A stretch of 61,686 nucleotides of DNA, the filler included, from Dugesia japonica (taxonomy: Eukaryota): the NCBI GenBank assembly GCA_001938525.1. It is 6 parts of 6 records of this genome, joined end to end, with 100 filler letters (N's around TTAATTAATTAA, not from the genome) between each part and the next. Parts side by side here need not be neighbours in the genome. Positions count along the whole stretch, not along the records: positions 32,409 to 43,235 come from MQRL01616021.1; positions 43,336 to 52,373 come from MQRL01618586.1; 4 more parts are not named here. One strand, given 5' to 3'. The position numbers were made by a program, and so were the translations under genes. This document shows, piece by piece, positions 36,440 through 49,627 of the stretch. The notes below the pieces were generated by a model. That model had not been told where the DNA came from, did not search any database, and saw only the letters and a program-made list of their open reading frames with translations. Each line of letters starts with the position of its first letter. Position 1 is the stretch's first letter.

Positions 36440-37695
36440 CAGGTTGTCCAAAGTCTGACTCCATTCAAATGTGGGCCGCGGTATCTTTTAGAGAAAATAT
36501 ATAAAATTAGAAATTACACAATACACAAAAAAAAACGATCACTTCCAAAATTAGACAAAAATTTTAAAACAATTTATTAAAAATAAATTTTAATATTTGG
36601 TTAGCATTCCGTCATTGTTAATAACAGGTTGTCATCGGCGTAGCACTCTTTCAACAAGGTTAATGAGAAAAATATTTTGGTAAGTTTTCCCACACAACTT
36701 CTAAAATTTGAAATAATTCATTTTCATTTTATGGATTTCTGTCTGCTACTTGTTTATTTAGAAAAATCCATACGTTTTCAATATGATGTAAATCTGGACT
36801 TTGAAATGGCCAGTCCAAAGTTTTAATATTTTTCCTCTTCAAATATTTCTGAATAATTTTTTATTTGTGTTTTGAATTATTGTCATGCTGAAAAATTTAA
36901 TTACCATCTTGGAACAATTTTTTTGCTGAAAGTATCATTTGTTTAATTAACATTTGAATTAATCAATCGTCTTTGTTGATTAATAATTGACAAAAACTGT
37001 GTTTCACTTGAAAATACGAATAATATCCTGCTTCATGTAATCTGTTAAGGATAGTTTATGCAGAAATATTTATATTTAGGTCCCTTTTGATTTGTTTCGC
37101 TTAAATGGCACGAGCATTTATTACCACAGACACAATATTTTGATCATCGCTATTGGTTGTTTTTCTTTTTTTTCCACTACGAACTTTGCGTACATAGTTT
37201 AAAGTTGACTTGTAATCTTGAAAAATTTAATGACTATCAATTGAGCTACCCAATTTTGTTTGCGATTTGTCTTACAGATAATCCGCAATCTGTTCGTTTT
37301 AAAAATTATTCAACTTTGTTGTTGATAAAATTTCATCTAACTGCACTAACTAAACTAGTTTAACGTACATTAGAAAATTAGAAAAATGATTACCTATTTA
37401 AATTATTTAATTTAATCAATTTAAGAATTAAATCAGATAAACAAACAGATTATTCATTAAACAGAAAATATAAAAACGAAACTTATATTTGGATAATGGG
37501 AAGAAATTAAATATAAGTGTCTATTCTTATTCATATTTGTTACTATTTTACTCTTTAAAACTTCACATCAATGGGCTTTTATAATAAGTTAAACATAAAT
37601 TTACACGTATACATTTTACGTCATGTCTGATGTAGAGTAAAATATTGAAAAATGTGAACTGCAGCCCGCGAACCCAAAAAGTTTTAATAACCCTG
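36440..37695. mobile_element. hAT-like ends enclosing a Tc1 remnant
   Basis: caggttgtccaaagt..tgggccgcg at the left and gcagcccgcg..aagttttaataaccctg at the right. Confidence 0.45.
36600..37370 (-). pseudogene. Tc1 (DD34E) transposase remnant
   Basis: FQHDNNSKH and DWPFQSPDLHHIENVW on the minus strand. Confidence 0.8.
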
Positions 37696-38842
37696 AAGTA
37701 AGCGATTAAGTATTATTTTGGATATGATATTGACGGTTTTTCAAATAAAGAAGAACCATAAGAAAAGTGGATAATTAATATATATTTATTTAATATTATT
37801 TAATAATTAAAATAAATTGAATTATCATGAGCAGTTTATCAATTGTAACGACGAATTACTAATAACGATTGAGTATTTATGAAGAGGAATTAGCCACACA
37901 ATTCCACAATAAAATAAAAAAAATTGCTCTTTGTTTATAAAAAAAATTCTCAAACTGAATTGAGTGAAACATAAAATAGAAAAAAGAAATCATAAATTAT
38001 TTATTTTATTTATATTTGAAATAGTAAAAAAATTAATAAAAAAATTGTTTCGACAATTTTCATTTTTCTTTGATAGTTATCATTTGTAGAAAAGAATTAG
38101 AATTTCTAAATGAAAATGAAAAAAAGTTTTGTTTATTTACTCTTTTCTATACAAATATTTATTCAATTAAAATTTGCTACTATATTTAGTAAAAAAGTGG
38201 TTTTTGTAGATTTTTGTTTAAAGTTTACTAAATTTAATTTACAATAGAGATTTACATCAGTTTTATCAATAATTTCTAATATCTCGTATTTATTTATAAT
38301 AATATATGTTATTAAAAAATTAATGAACTTTATAAATAATTTATTCTGAAAAATTATCATTGTAATAATTATATTTTTTTCTGTAAAAATTAATAACCGT
38401 CTAAATTTAGTCATTATTACTATCGACTTGATCATTATGTGTAATCCTTATGGAAATTTTCTATCTTGAAAATGTTTTATCAATTTCATTTTAGATTTGT
38501 TTTATTGAAAGTAAGAAAAAATAAAGTTCTTAAATGTAAAATATATATTAAGTTGTAATAAATGAAAACTAATAAAATTTAAGATGGTCACTAATAATTT
38601 GTATTAAAAATTGCTAAGTGACCCTTATTAAATTAGTTTATGTTCATACTAACCGAAGTCTCTAAGTGCGGATTATCGTATAATTTGTTCGTTAATTTAC
38701 AATTACTTCGTATTACACGAATTTCGTAGTAAGTGGAGGGCACTGTATATGGTTAAATTTACACATATTTTTTAAAAAATTCACAATTACTGATCTCCTA
38801 ACGAAAATGAAAAAGAAGCTTTGTTTCATAAATAAATCTTTT

Positions 38843-38851
38843 AATAATAAT

Positions 38852-38885
<34 letters not shown>

Positions 38886-39135
38886 NNNNNNNNNNNNNNN
38901 NNNNNNNNNNNNNNNNNNNNNNNNNNNNNNNNNNNNNNNNNNNNNNNNNNNNNNNNNNNNNNNNNNNNNNNNNNNNNNNNNNNNNNNNNNNNNNNNNNNN
39001 NNNNNNNNNNNNNNNNNNNNNNNNNNNNNNNNNNNNNNNNNNNNNNNNNNNNNNNNNNNNNNNNNNNNNNNNNNNNNATAATAATAATAATAATAATAAT
39101 AGTAATAATATTAGTAATAATAATAGTAGTAGTTG
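38843..39135. repeat. (AAT)n microsatellite spanning a gap; similar tracts at 32409-32481, 39754-39890, 40710-40888 and 61616-61686
   Basis: Directly visible. Confidence 0.95.
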
Positions 39136-39753
39136 TAATTGTCAGGATAAGTAAATGAATATTATTAAGTTTTTAATTTTAGAAATAAGAAATTATGAAT
39201 ATTAGAAAACTATATTTATTTAAAAATTAGGTTTTGTGTTGGAATTGCGAATTTATTTTAAAAAAAGAAACGTTTGAATATTTTCTGATCAGCGGGTGAA
39301 CTATTTGTTAGATTCGTGGGAAATAGTAAACGTAATGCTTGGCGACGTTGGAAAAAAAGTCATTGATAAGTTGCGTGGCAAAACTTTAGTGTGCGAAATT
39401 TAAATAACTTACAAATAAATAACTTTACAAATTCAATAACAAATCACAAACTGAATATCAATGTTAGTAGACGAAATCCGAATGTACAACTCACTAGTAT
39501 AAATTCCCAAAACCAAAGGTTTTTCTTTATACAATTACAATAATCGAAATAATAATATTGTACTTCTCAACGGTAATATATATATATATATATAAGTTTA
39601 ATAATATATTTTATAAATTATTGAACATTCTAATTTAATATTTCTTTTCTTACTTAGTTTTCGTGGTGGTTACCTATTATTCAAACAACCACTCCGAAAA
39701 GCGTTTATCATTTTAAACATTCTTCACTTTCACTCTACTTAACTTTTCCTCAC

Positions 39754-39805
<52 letters not shown>

Positions 39806-40709
39806 NNNNNNNNNNNNNNNNNNNNNNNNNNNNNNNNNNNNNNNNNNNNNNNNNNNNNNNNNNNNNNNNNATAATAATAATAATAATAACAATCAAAAAC
39901 TAAAAGCCTAGAAAGTCATGGAAATTATTTTAACAATATTGTAAATAAAACAATAATTTCAAAATAGAAAACTAAATAATTAATATAAATCTTTAGAAAA
40001 TAGTTTGGAAAGATATTAATCAAAAAATTATGAAAGTAAAGAAATTTATTTTTTTAAAACCACAAAAAGACTGAACATATAAATTTAAAATAATGTTGAA
40101 ATCAAGGAAAAAGTGAACAAAAAACGAAAGATAATCAAAAAATGTTAGAAATATCTAATGTATTTCATTTAAACAAAAATATCAGATTTGAGATATCATT
40201 CATTAATAAAATCCTAAAAAAAATAATATTATTTTAACTAAAAAACATTAATATGTAAATTATCTAATATTTTTTTTTCAAAAAGAAAATTTATTTTGAC
40301 TTATAGTAATTGATATTTGCCTTGACTTTGAGACTAATAATAACCGAAATATAAATGTGAATAATGAAACAACATTGATATTATATTTATTATTGACATT
40401 TAAAGATTCAAGTTTTATAATTGCAAATTTCATAAATCTAAATTCCTAATAATTAAAAAATATTTATTTTAAAATATTTAAATATTCATCAATTAAATAG
40501 AAGTATTAAAATTGTAAATTTATATTTTTTTTAAAAAATTATTTAAAGTAATTATTTTAATTTGTCTGATCCAATTATGAGCTCATTTTACAACTTATCT
40601 TGCCAAAACAATTTAATGGAAAATTGTTTTTATAAATTGAGGCTTTTCGAGTTTTAAAACAAATCTAAAATTTACATAAAATTTGTGAGTAGTATAACAA
40701 TTAATTATG

Positions 40710-40773
<64 letters not shown>

Positions 40774-40823
40774 NNNNNNNNNNNNNNNNNNNNNNNNNNN
40801 NNNNNNNNNNNNNNNNNNNNNNN

Positions 40824-40889
<66 letters not shown>

Positions 40890-40961
40890 TTACATTTTAA
40901 AAAAGTACATTCCAAAAATATTTATTAAATAATATATATAATTTACAGTTTATCAAACATT

Positions 40962-42158
40962 TTAACTATTTATACTTCGAACTCGAGCGATATATTGTGA
41001 TGAAACTTTGCCGACTTGTAGATGGTTTTTATTTCGATGATAACCTTTATGCTTCGCAGTTGAATACAAACANTTAAATATATATTTCACACAATATTTA
41101 AATTTTGTGGATATAAGCAAAGAACAAAATGGATTAATCGATGAATTGAGATAACACATAAATTGGGAAATCGGTGTTAAAGTTTCTACCATGAAATTAT
41201 CGTATTTACGATTATTAGTTTCAGCAATATTGATTTTCATGACCACATCATTGTAAATACAACGAATATGATGCGGTAACCAACAAATTAGAAAAATCAA
41301 ACAAAGCATTATCAGAATTACCGACAATTTCTTTCTGCGATTTGAATAATCTACACTTCTTACAGAATTCGTGATCTCTTTCGGTGTTTTCCAAAGTTTA
41401 GATATCAAAATAAAATGAAGAATCAACATAGAAAACAATGGAATTAAATATAAAACAAAGAATGATAGAAAGGTGTAAATCATTTTATATTTTTGATTAC
41501 CAAACCAAGTTTCTTTACATTGATTTGTGTTGTTTGACATATCCATATGAACTACTTCACTAGCCATTCCTAATGGTAAACTTAGAAAAACACTCAACAA
41601 CCATATCGATAAAAGCCAGATTTTGATTTTTGAATTTTTAAAAATCACTTTATATTTCATTGGGAACATGATAACGTAAAATCTTTCAAAGCTGATGCTC
41701 ATTAATGATAAAACACTTACATGAACAGTTGTTGACTGTAAACCAGATTGAAATTGGCAGAAAAACGGATTGAACTTATACACCAAATTCACTTGATTAT
41801 ATAAAGTCAATGGAGCTGTTATTATTAAAACAAGCATATCACTGATTGCCAAATTTAGTAAGAATATATTCGCAAAATTTCTCATAAACTGAAATAATAA
41901 TACACTGATAATTACCAGAAAATTCCCGATAATACCAACACAAATCGACAATGAAAATATCAATTGTAATACAATAGAAAATGAGTTTTTATTATTACCA
42001 AGAAATGAAACCAATTTATCTTTTATACATATCGAAAATGAGTCGGTACCCGGAGATAAGTTTTCTTCAACACACATATTAAACCATTTTGTTTCTGTAT
42101 CACTATAGTTTGTTACTAATTGTAATATATTACTGGATTTTGTTGAATGTTTAAACAT
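40962..42158 (-). CDS. Class A (rhodopsin-like) neuropeptide GPCR, intronless
   Basis: Seven TMs: GNFLVI, NLAISD, C..SISFERF (DRY position), W..S...P, YLIP, FLICWLP, NSSINPF. Resembles the orexin/allatotropin/CCK-type peptide receptors; subfamily not assignable. Confidence 0.92.
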   Translation of the reverse strand: MFKHSTKSSNILQLVTNYSDTETKWFNMCVEENLSPGTDSFSICIKDKLVSFLGNNKNSFSIVLQLIFSLSICVGIIGNFLVIISVLLFQFMRNFANIFLLNLAISDMLVLIITAPLTLYNQVNLVYKFNPFFCQFQSGLQSTTVHVSVLSLMSISFERFYVIMFPMKYKVIFKNSKIKIWLLSIWLLSVFLSLPLGMASEVVHMDMSNNTNQCKETWFGNQKYKMIYTFLSFFVLYLIPLFSMLILHFILISKLWKTPKEITNSVRSVDYSNRRKKLSVILIMLCLIFLICWLPHHIRCIYNDVVMKINIAETNNRKYDNFMVETLTPISQFMCYLNSSINPFCSLLISTKFKYCVKYIFXCLYSTAKHKGYHRNKNHLQVGKVSSQYIARVRSINS

Positions 42159-43235
42159 TGTTTTACTTATTTCATTTATACAAAAAAATATAAAGTTATA
42201 TTAGTTTTTTTTTTATTTTTAAAATATATTTATATATGTTTATGAACTGGGAATATTATTGGATAATGATGCATAGGGAGGATTTCAATTGGTATGTAAA
42301 ATGTCACAACTAATATTGGAATTTTGTTTTCCTAGATTAGATATATATTTTTTTTTAATTTGAATTTCTATGACATTTACCGTTGAAATTATAAACAAAT
42401 AAATTATATTTTGAATATAATTTGTTTAAATAAAGTAATTATTTTAATTGTATTTTATTTGAATTAACTTTTCGTGATAAAATTTATTTTATTTCTATTG
42501 TTGAAAATTTCACTAAAATAGAAAGATTAAATTTATACAAATAAAAATTTTCTTTGCATTATTTTAACAAGAGACTTTCTCAAAATAAATTATTTAAAAT
42601 AATTATCAATTGGAAAAAGAAAATTTGAAATTATAAAACTTATTTTTGCTGATTTTTTTTTGTACGATAAGCTTTTTTGAAAAGAATTATTGTCGTTTTA
42701 TTTGAAAATCCAGATTTACATAAATTTTTATTTATATGCTTTACAAAAGGACTTTCATTTTACAAGAATTTAAATTGAGAAATACAAAAATATTTCAATG
42801 AATATTTAAAAAATTGAAAAGATCATTTTGATAAAATTAATTTCTTTTGTTGTAAAATCATTTAATGTAAATATTTGCTTGATTTTAATTTTTAACTTCA
42901 TTTGTTAATAAAATAAAATAATTCTATAAAAAAATAAAGTATTATAATTAATTTGAAAACTTTATGTAAAATAATATTTTGCATAGTTTTTCAGACTATT
43001 TTCTAGACTAAACTGAATTAAACTCTAAAGATGAATAAAAAATAAAAAAGCCTTGCAAATTTATTTTTAAATTCAATTTCTTATGAAAAATAATGCAATT
43101 CCATTTAGGTTTTAATTTATATTTTGATAAATTTTAAATATTATATTTCGTTTTGTATATGTTTATATATTCATATATTTATATATTTATATATTTATAT
43201 ATTTATATATTTATATATTTATATATTTATATATT

Positions 43236-43335
43236 NNNNNNNNNNNNNNNNNNNNNNNNNNNNNNNNNNNNNNNNNNNNTTAATTAATTAANNNNNNNNN
43301 NNNNNNNNNNNNNNNNNNNNNNNNNNNNNNNNNNN
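43236..43335. other. Artificial contig spacer N44-TTAATTAATTAA-N44
   Basis: Same 100-nt linker. Confidence 0.95.
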
Positions 43336-46300
43336 TAATCAATACTGTACTTAAAAGTATTAATAATAGTAATAATAATTTGAATGATGTAAATGTGAAT
43401 TCTGAATGTACTATGAATGCTTGTGGAATGATGCAGAACATCAGTATTTCGAATAGTTCGAATACCCAAAAACGTTTCGGTGATGTTGATCTGTATAATA
43501 TGGTTGTGAGTTTATAGAATGAGGTGAATTCGTTGAAAATTAATTGAAATAATAATTATCATGATATTATTAATAATAATAATAATAATTTACTTTTTTA
43601 TAATAATAAAAATTCAGTTTTTAATAATAACTATAAAAATTATGTACAGAATTTTAATAAATCTTGTAAGAGTTATAGCAACATTAATAATGAAAATTTA
43701 AAATTTAACGAGAACTTCTCAAAAAATCAACAATATTTAAATAAATATAATCATGATTATAGTGATGTTAATAACAAAAAAATTAGGAAATAATGATCGA
43801 AACTTTAATAAATTTTAAAAAAATTGCAGGGATTTTTATAATAAAAATTTAAGCTTTAAAGAAAATCTGGAAAAAAATTACCGAAATGTTTATAAATTTA
43901 GTAAGTATAATTCTAATAAGAAAAATGACACAACTTTTCAAAAAAATCATAACAGTTTTAATGAAAGATTTTATAATATTATATATATTATAATATTATA
44001 CAAATTATCATTATATTATTTCAGTGCGCCACACCCAATCTAGTGAAAATGAAGCATTATTCGTCCAAAGTCCTTTAAGTAATTTATAGGTAGTATTTAA
44101 CGTCCTGCCAAATGATACCATGATCGACTTGATTTGATCAAATATGAAGACTTGGCGAGTTATCAATCTTTGATCCTTACTAACTCTTTACGCTTGATTT
44201 GTGTTTTTATTTTTGTATTTGTTGAAAGATTGTGTGACCCAGATTCTTTAAATGAGATTGATTTAGTGAGAAATCCCTAGAATGTAAACTACTGTCGTAT
44301 TTTTTGTGAGAACTGTAATTACGTTCTTGTGTTCGAGAATTTCTGATTTTATTTAATTCTTTTCTTATTTTTTTGTTTTCTGTGAATACAGTGTTCATAT
44401 TGAACATTAGGGATTTTATTAGCTTCTCGATGCCATTGTTAGTTGGATAATTTTGATCCTCAATTCCGTTCCTTTGATAACTATTTTTTGTTCTTGTGCT
44501 GAAGATTGTTTGGAATATTTCTTCGTTTATCTTGTCAGGCATTTCTCCCTTTCACTTTACAATATAATTCACATTTTCCTATGGATTTTTCTATATCATC
44601 TAGCTTTTTAAATATTTCCGGCATCAGTTGGTCTGTTATAGCCTCTGGGTTGACCGCTGCCACCATGTTAGAGAATAATGATCTTTCTAACATCTCTTAG
44701 AGNATAGATTAATAATAATAGTAGTTATTTACCGATAGATTAGTTAATAATAATTAAATTAGTATTAGTGTAATTAATAGTGTAATATTATATTTATTAA
44801 TTATTTAGTTTTATTACTAATAGTTAATAAGTATTTATTAATAATTATTAGGAACGTTAATAAAGTTTATTAAAATTTATCAAAAAAATAACACAACAAC
44901 AAACTTTACAAATATATATAGTAATATATAAAATGTTACAATAACAAAATAATATTCACAGAATAAATACTAACAAAATATTGTGTGCTAAGTGTTAACT
45001 TCAATAACCTTGATAGATAAATTCTAACTTTAATAATAGACCAACGATAATAATTTTATAATTACAATTATTGTGAGAATAACAATAGAAGACTATTGTC
45101 GAAAATTTGAACTTTTTTAGAAATAAATTTTGTTTTGATCGAAGCTTTATCTTATTTTAATGAAAACGATAATAATGTTTAATAATTACTTTTAAATTTT
45201 GCATACTATGGTAAGTTATTACTAATCATTTTCCGCATATTAAAACAATTCAGTTTCCTAATATTATTAGTAATCTCTCCTCACAATAATAATTTAAATT
45301 TTATTGATAATAAAGTTGTAATAATGATTATTTATAATTTATTTCAGAATATTTTCAATAACTTTATTTATGTTAATAAGTTTTAATTTAAATACTATTA
45401 ATATTAAAGATAACTTTCAATTTTTATTCTAATAATAATAAAATTCTCTTTTTAAATTAATTTATTAATTTGTTAATTAATCTTTTAATAATAATTTTGA
45501 TAATAATTATTTATACTGTTAAATACATTTTAATATTTAATAAATTTCATTACTTAAAGGTTTTAAAAACATTGATTATACTTATAATATATTTTATAAC
45601 ATTTCGATATCAATAATAATTTGATGATAACATTTAATTTACATATTGTATTTAAAAACTGTTAAATCTTAACTATTTTGCAAACCTGTGACTAGTATAC
45701 CCTCGGCAAGGAAAAGCTGACGGAGTAATAGTTTTTTACGGTAACAAGTAAATCGATGAACATAACTATTGCGTTGTACATGACTAGCTCTCTTTTATTT
45801 AATCAAAAGGTTAAGTTAAACATTGTCGCCACGGCGCGCACTTTGAAACTGAATTGGAACAGTAGGGAGCGCAAACTGCTGAAGATCCACATACTGTACT
45901 CAAATATAATATAGTTAAACTACGTATGCTAATCAATAAGTTAAATTGAACGATTCGGTTGAATGTTTAAGGTCCTTAATGGATATATTTCGTCAGTCTG
46001 TATATTTCGAAGAACTAATGTACTGGTATAGATTGAAAGCATAAACAGTTGTTAAAAACAGTGTGTAATCTATTTTATATATTTTCATGTTTTATCGTTT
46101 AAAATTCAATAAGTCTAACTATATTCATCCGGAGAGTATCACAAATTATAGGTTTTGCATCTAATTTAACAGAATTTAACAGTGAAAGATTAAAATTACA
46201 GAAATCGTTTTAAATAATAATTGCTTTACATCATGCAAAGTAATATGCTTGACTGACATATCATTGTAATTTGAAGAATACTTGTTTTGATATATAAATA

Positions 46301-46687
46301 TACTATAAAAATTAAAATATTGAATAGTTAAGCCTGTATTTGCTAGTAACGTAAACATTTTAGAAATGTCCGTAATCTTATTGTGTTTCAAACAATATTT
46401 AATTTGACATGATAAAATATAATTAAAAGGTTTAAAGGATTAAGATGATTATGAATAGTAAGGATACACTAGAACGTTATTTAAACAAGGTAGTAATGTC
46501 CATCATTTAATTGTGATTTAAAATATGCTTAATTGATATGTAAAAGTAAAACTTTAATGGCTTTCTTGGTTTATGAATGGTTTACCAGAAGGTTGTAAAA
46601 CACTTTAGTAACTCATTTGAATTTGAATGATACCTAATTTGTTATATAAAAGTAAAATTTAAAGGGTGTACAAGTTTTATAAAGGGT

Positions 46688-48110
46688 TTACAAGTCTGCA
46701 TATAGGATTGAAGTTTCTCTTTTTTGCAATGCTTCTGATAGATTAGATAGTTCGAATAGAACATCATACATCACGGTCAAATCTTGAACAAATTGTGTCG
46801 ATGATATTCTTTTATATAACTTATTGAACAGGTATTGGTAATTTTTAGTGCAGTTGTTGTCTTTACTCACAATTTCGAAATGATGACATAAAGATGATCA
46901 ATTTAGCCAAACTGCTGATACAGCTTTAAAGGAGCTAGCCATCCCTTGGAAGTTAAATATATGTCCATTACGTTTTATTTCTACACTGAGGGCGGCTGCA
47001 CATATTTCAATGTCCCTTTCATTTTTAGAGATTGACTATATAAGGAGTATAACTTGTTCATAAATATTTGAAAATAATTGACCCCGTTAACCTCAGAAAT
47101 AGCATTCTTTACAGACAACTCAATCCGGTGGTTTAGACAATTTCATGTGATTAGATTCGGATATTTATGTGTTGGTCTTGTTTCTACTTCAGATTTTCTT
47201 TCTAACATAATACTAGTTCCGTCGATTGTAAATGAAATTAAATGGTGTTTTAAATAATTATCATCAAAACCATTTTTTTCCAAACATTTTTAGAGACATT
47301 CTGTTATTGTGTTAGGTGTTTAATCCTGCAATTCAATTAAATCAAGAAACACAAAATGAGGATCTTTTATTTTATCTGTTTTGCATTTTAAATAAATAAT
47401 CAGTTCAGATATTTTACTAAAAGTGGTAGATTTATCTATGATAATAGATAAATTTCCTTGAATTTTTAATATTTGCTTACAAATTTTGGATTTCATTTGA
47501 ATTCCTATATGATTGATTATTTCTGTAACACTTAATCTAGATCGTAATCCGTGAGCTATAATAGATNNNNNNNNNNNNNNNNNNNNNNNNNNNNNNNNNN
47601 NNNNNNNNNNNNNNNNTGCAATTCAATTAAATCAAGAAACACAAAATGAGGATCTTTTATTTTATCTGTTTTGCATTTTAAATAAATAATCAGTTCAGAT
47701 ATTTTACTAAAAGTGGTAGATTTATCTATGATAATAGATAAATTTCCTTGAATTTTTAATATTTGCTTACAAATTTTGGATTTCATTTGAATTCCTATAT
47801 NNNNNNNNNNNNNNNNNNNNNNNNNNNNNNATCGTAATCCGTGAGCTATAATAGATCCATTCATTTCTTGAAGTTTTAATAAATCAAAATGATCAGAATA
47901 TGAGTGATCATGTTTAGCAATATAATACGGATTTCTAAAATTTCAGAAATCCTTTATCTTATTTACAATAACTTCGAGCCTTTGCTTGACTGCTTCTTTT
48001 AAGATTTTCTCAGCTGTTGTATGTGAAAAATCTTAACATTGTTGATATAATTTTTTCCGCAGAGAGGTTAGTTGTGAAGCTTTATCCTTTCCATAAGCTG
48101 ATATTTTAGG
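46688..48110 (-). pseudogene. hAT-family transposase remnant (KIAA1586/ZNF862-like)
   Basis: SIIIDKSTT...LIIYLKC..FLDLIEL, CLNHRIELSV, NKLYS, DVLFELSNLSEALQ. Sequence 47327-47565 is duplicated at 47617-47855 across N gaps (probably an assembly artefact). Confidence 0.75.
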
Positions 48111-49235
48111 GCGAGAGTTTGTGTTAAACATCAAAGCCAAACTGCTGCAGCTGATCATAATATTTATATTGAATAATCATCAATGATTGAAAATAAAAGC
48201 GTAGAAAATTAGATTGACTCGCATGGCATATGTCTTCGAAAACAACAGCAGTAGAAACTGGGTGAGTCAATAGAAATTTGACATTCATACATCTAAAGGA
48301 ACAGAATTAAATTGTATTAATGGTGAGACATTAAATAAATTTAAACATGAATTTAGAAGCAGAAAATCACATCGAGAAGAGAATGAATCGAGGGAATGAG
48401 CAAATGATCGATAATCCAGTCAAAGCCTAAACAAAAGTAAAGAAAATGTGAGGTGGGTTTATATTGTTCGGACAAGCAATGACAGGATTATTGGGAATAA
48501 TCTTTATAGTGCAAATAATCAAAATAATAATGACTCAATTGTTAGGGCCTGAGACAACAAGTAGATTAGATAAAGACCTATAATGTAGAGCTTATTTTAT
48601 CACAAATTAATCGCTTATTGAGCGTATCCGCCATACTAAACACTGTTGAGACGAGTGAGAGAATGTAGTATGGAGAAGATAGTAATGTATGACAACGGGT
48701 GTCAAGATGCAGAGTACTGTAAAAATGTATGTTTAATAGTAACTGTATTAATATGCAAAAAAACTTGTATTTTAAAAAAATCAAAAACATTAAAAGCATG
48801 GTAGATGTAGATCAGAAATTATGTTTATGTAATCAGTATGTAATCAGAATATTTAAAATTTGTATATAGAATGTCTGACAATTTGCAAAGATTGTGGAGC
48901 TGTGCTGTGGAGACAATAATGATGGAGAAGTCAAGTTTGGAAACGAAATCAGTTATCGAGTTACAACAGATTAATCAGACGATGAAGCATGATAACTTAT
49001 CGTATCTTGAAGAAATATTTAGTTATCAGAATAATATCTTAAGGAAAGTCGGAGTATTGACGACGCAACAAGTAAATAAAGATGATAAAGAAGTGTGGAA
49101 TGAATATTATTGGAATATCAGTGAGCGATGATTAGTAAATGTTCAGGTTTTCAACTAGGTATAGAAGCTAATCAAGAGGATAAAAGAGTTTGAGGAGACA
49201 GTGTTGTTAATATGCAAAGCAAAAACGGAGAAAAT

Positions 49236-49300
49236 GATGCAGTGTAGTGAGTGCGAGGTTAAAGCAGTTTCCGTATTGAGGTTACCGTGTGGGCACGTAG
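49236..49300 (+). pseudogene. Half of an IAP/MDM2-type RING finger at the end of a decayed ORF (48871 onward)
   Basis: MMQCSECEVKAVSVLRLPCGHVA. Confidence 0.5.
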
Positions 49301-49627
49301 CAGTATAACTCTACTATGATACCTTACATAGCTTTCTCTCATCTAAAATGCAATCTAGAAATGAAAAAAGGAAGATTCTTCTTGCCTCAGGAAAAAATGA
49401 TCCTCACCATCTAGATGTTTATTACTCTTCTGATATTGCTAAATGCAAATACTCTTCAAAAAATAAGAAAATCTGTGGCTCACTTTTCAAGAATGCTATG
49501 TATGAAGAANTAATTATTAATTAATAATTTCACCTAATAGAAATTGAGTTATATAAATATTAATATTGAAATGCTTGCATTTCNATATTAATTATATTAT
49601 GAAACTTGGTGTGTAGTAGTAAAATAA

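Noticed and set aside
38807-40928. Poly-N/I/L ORFs (38807..39154, 40613..40915, 40707..40928)
   Set aside because: Translations of (AAT)n microsatellites and gaps.
44020-44700. Possible gag/integrase debris (ORF 44207..44542)
   Set aside because: Only vague similarity; no diagnostic motif.
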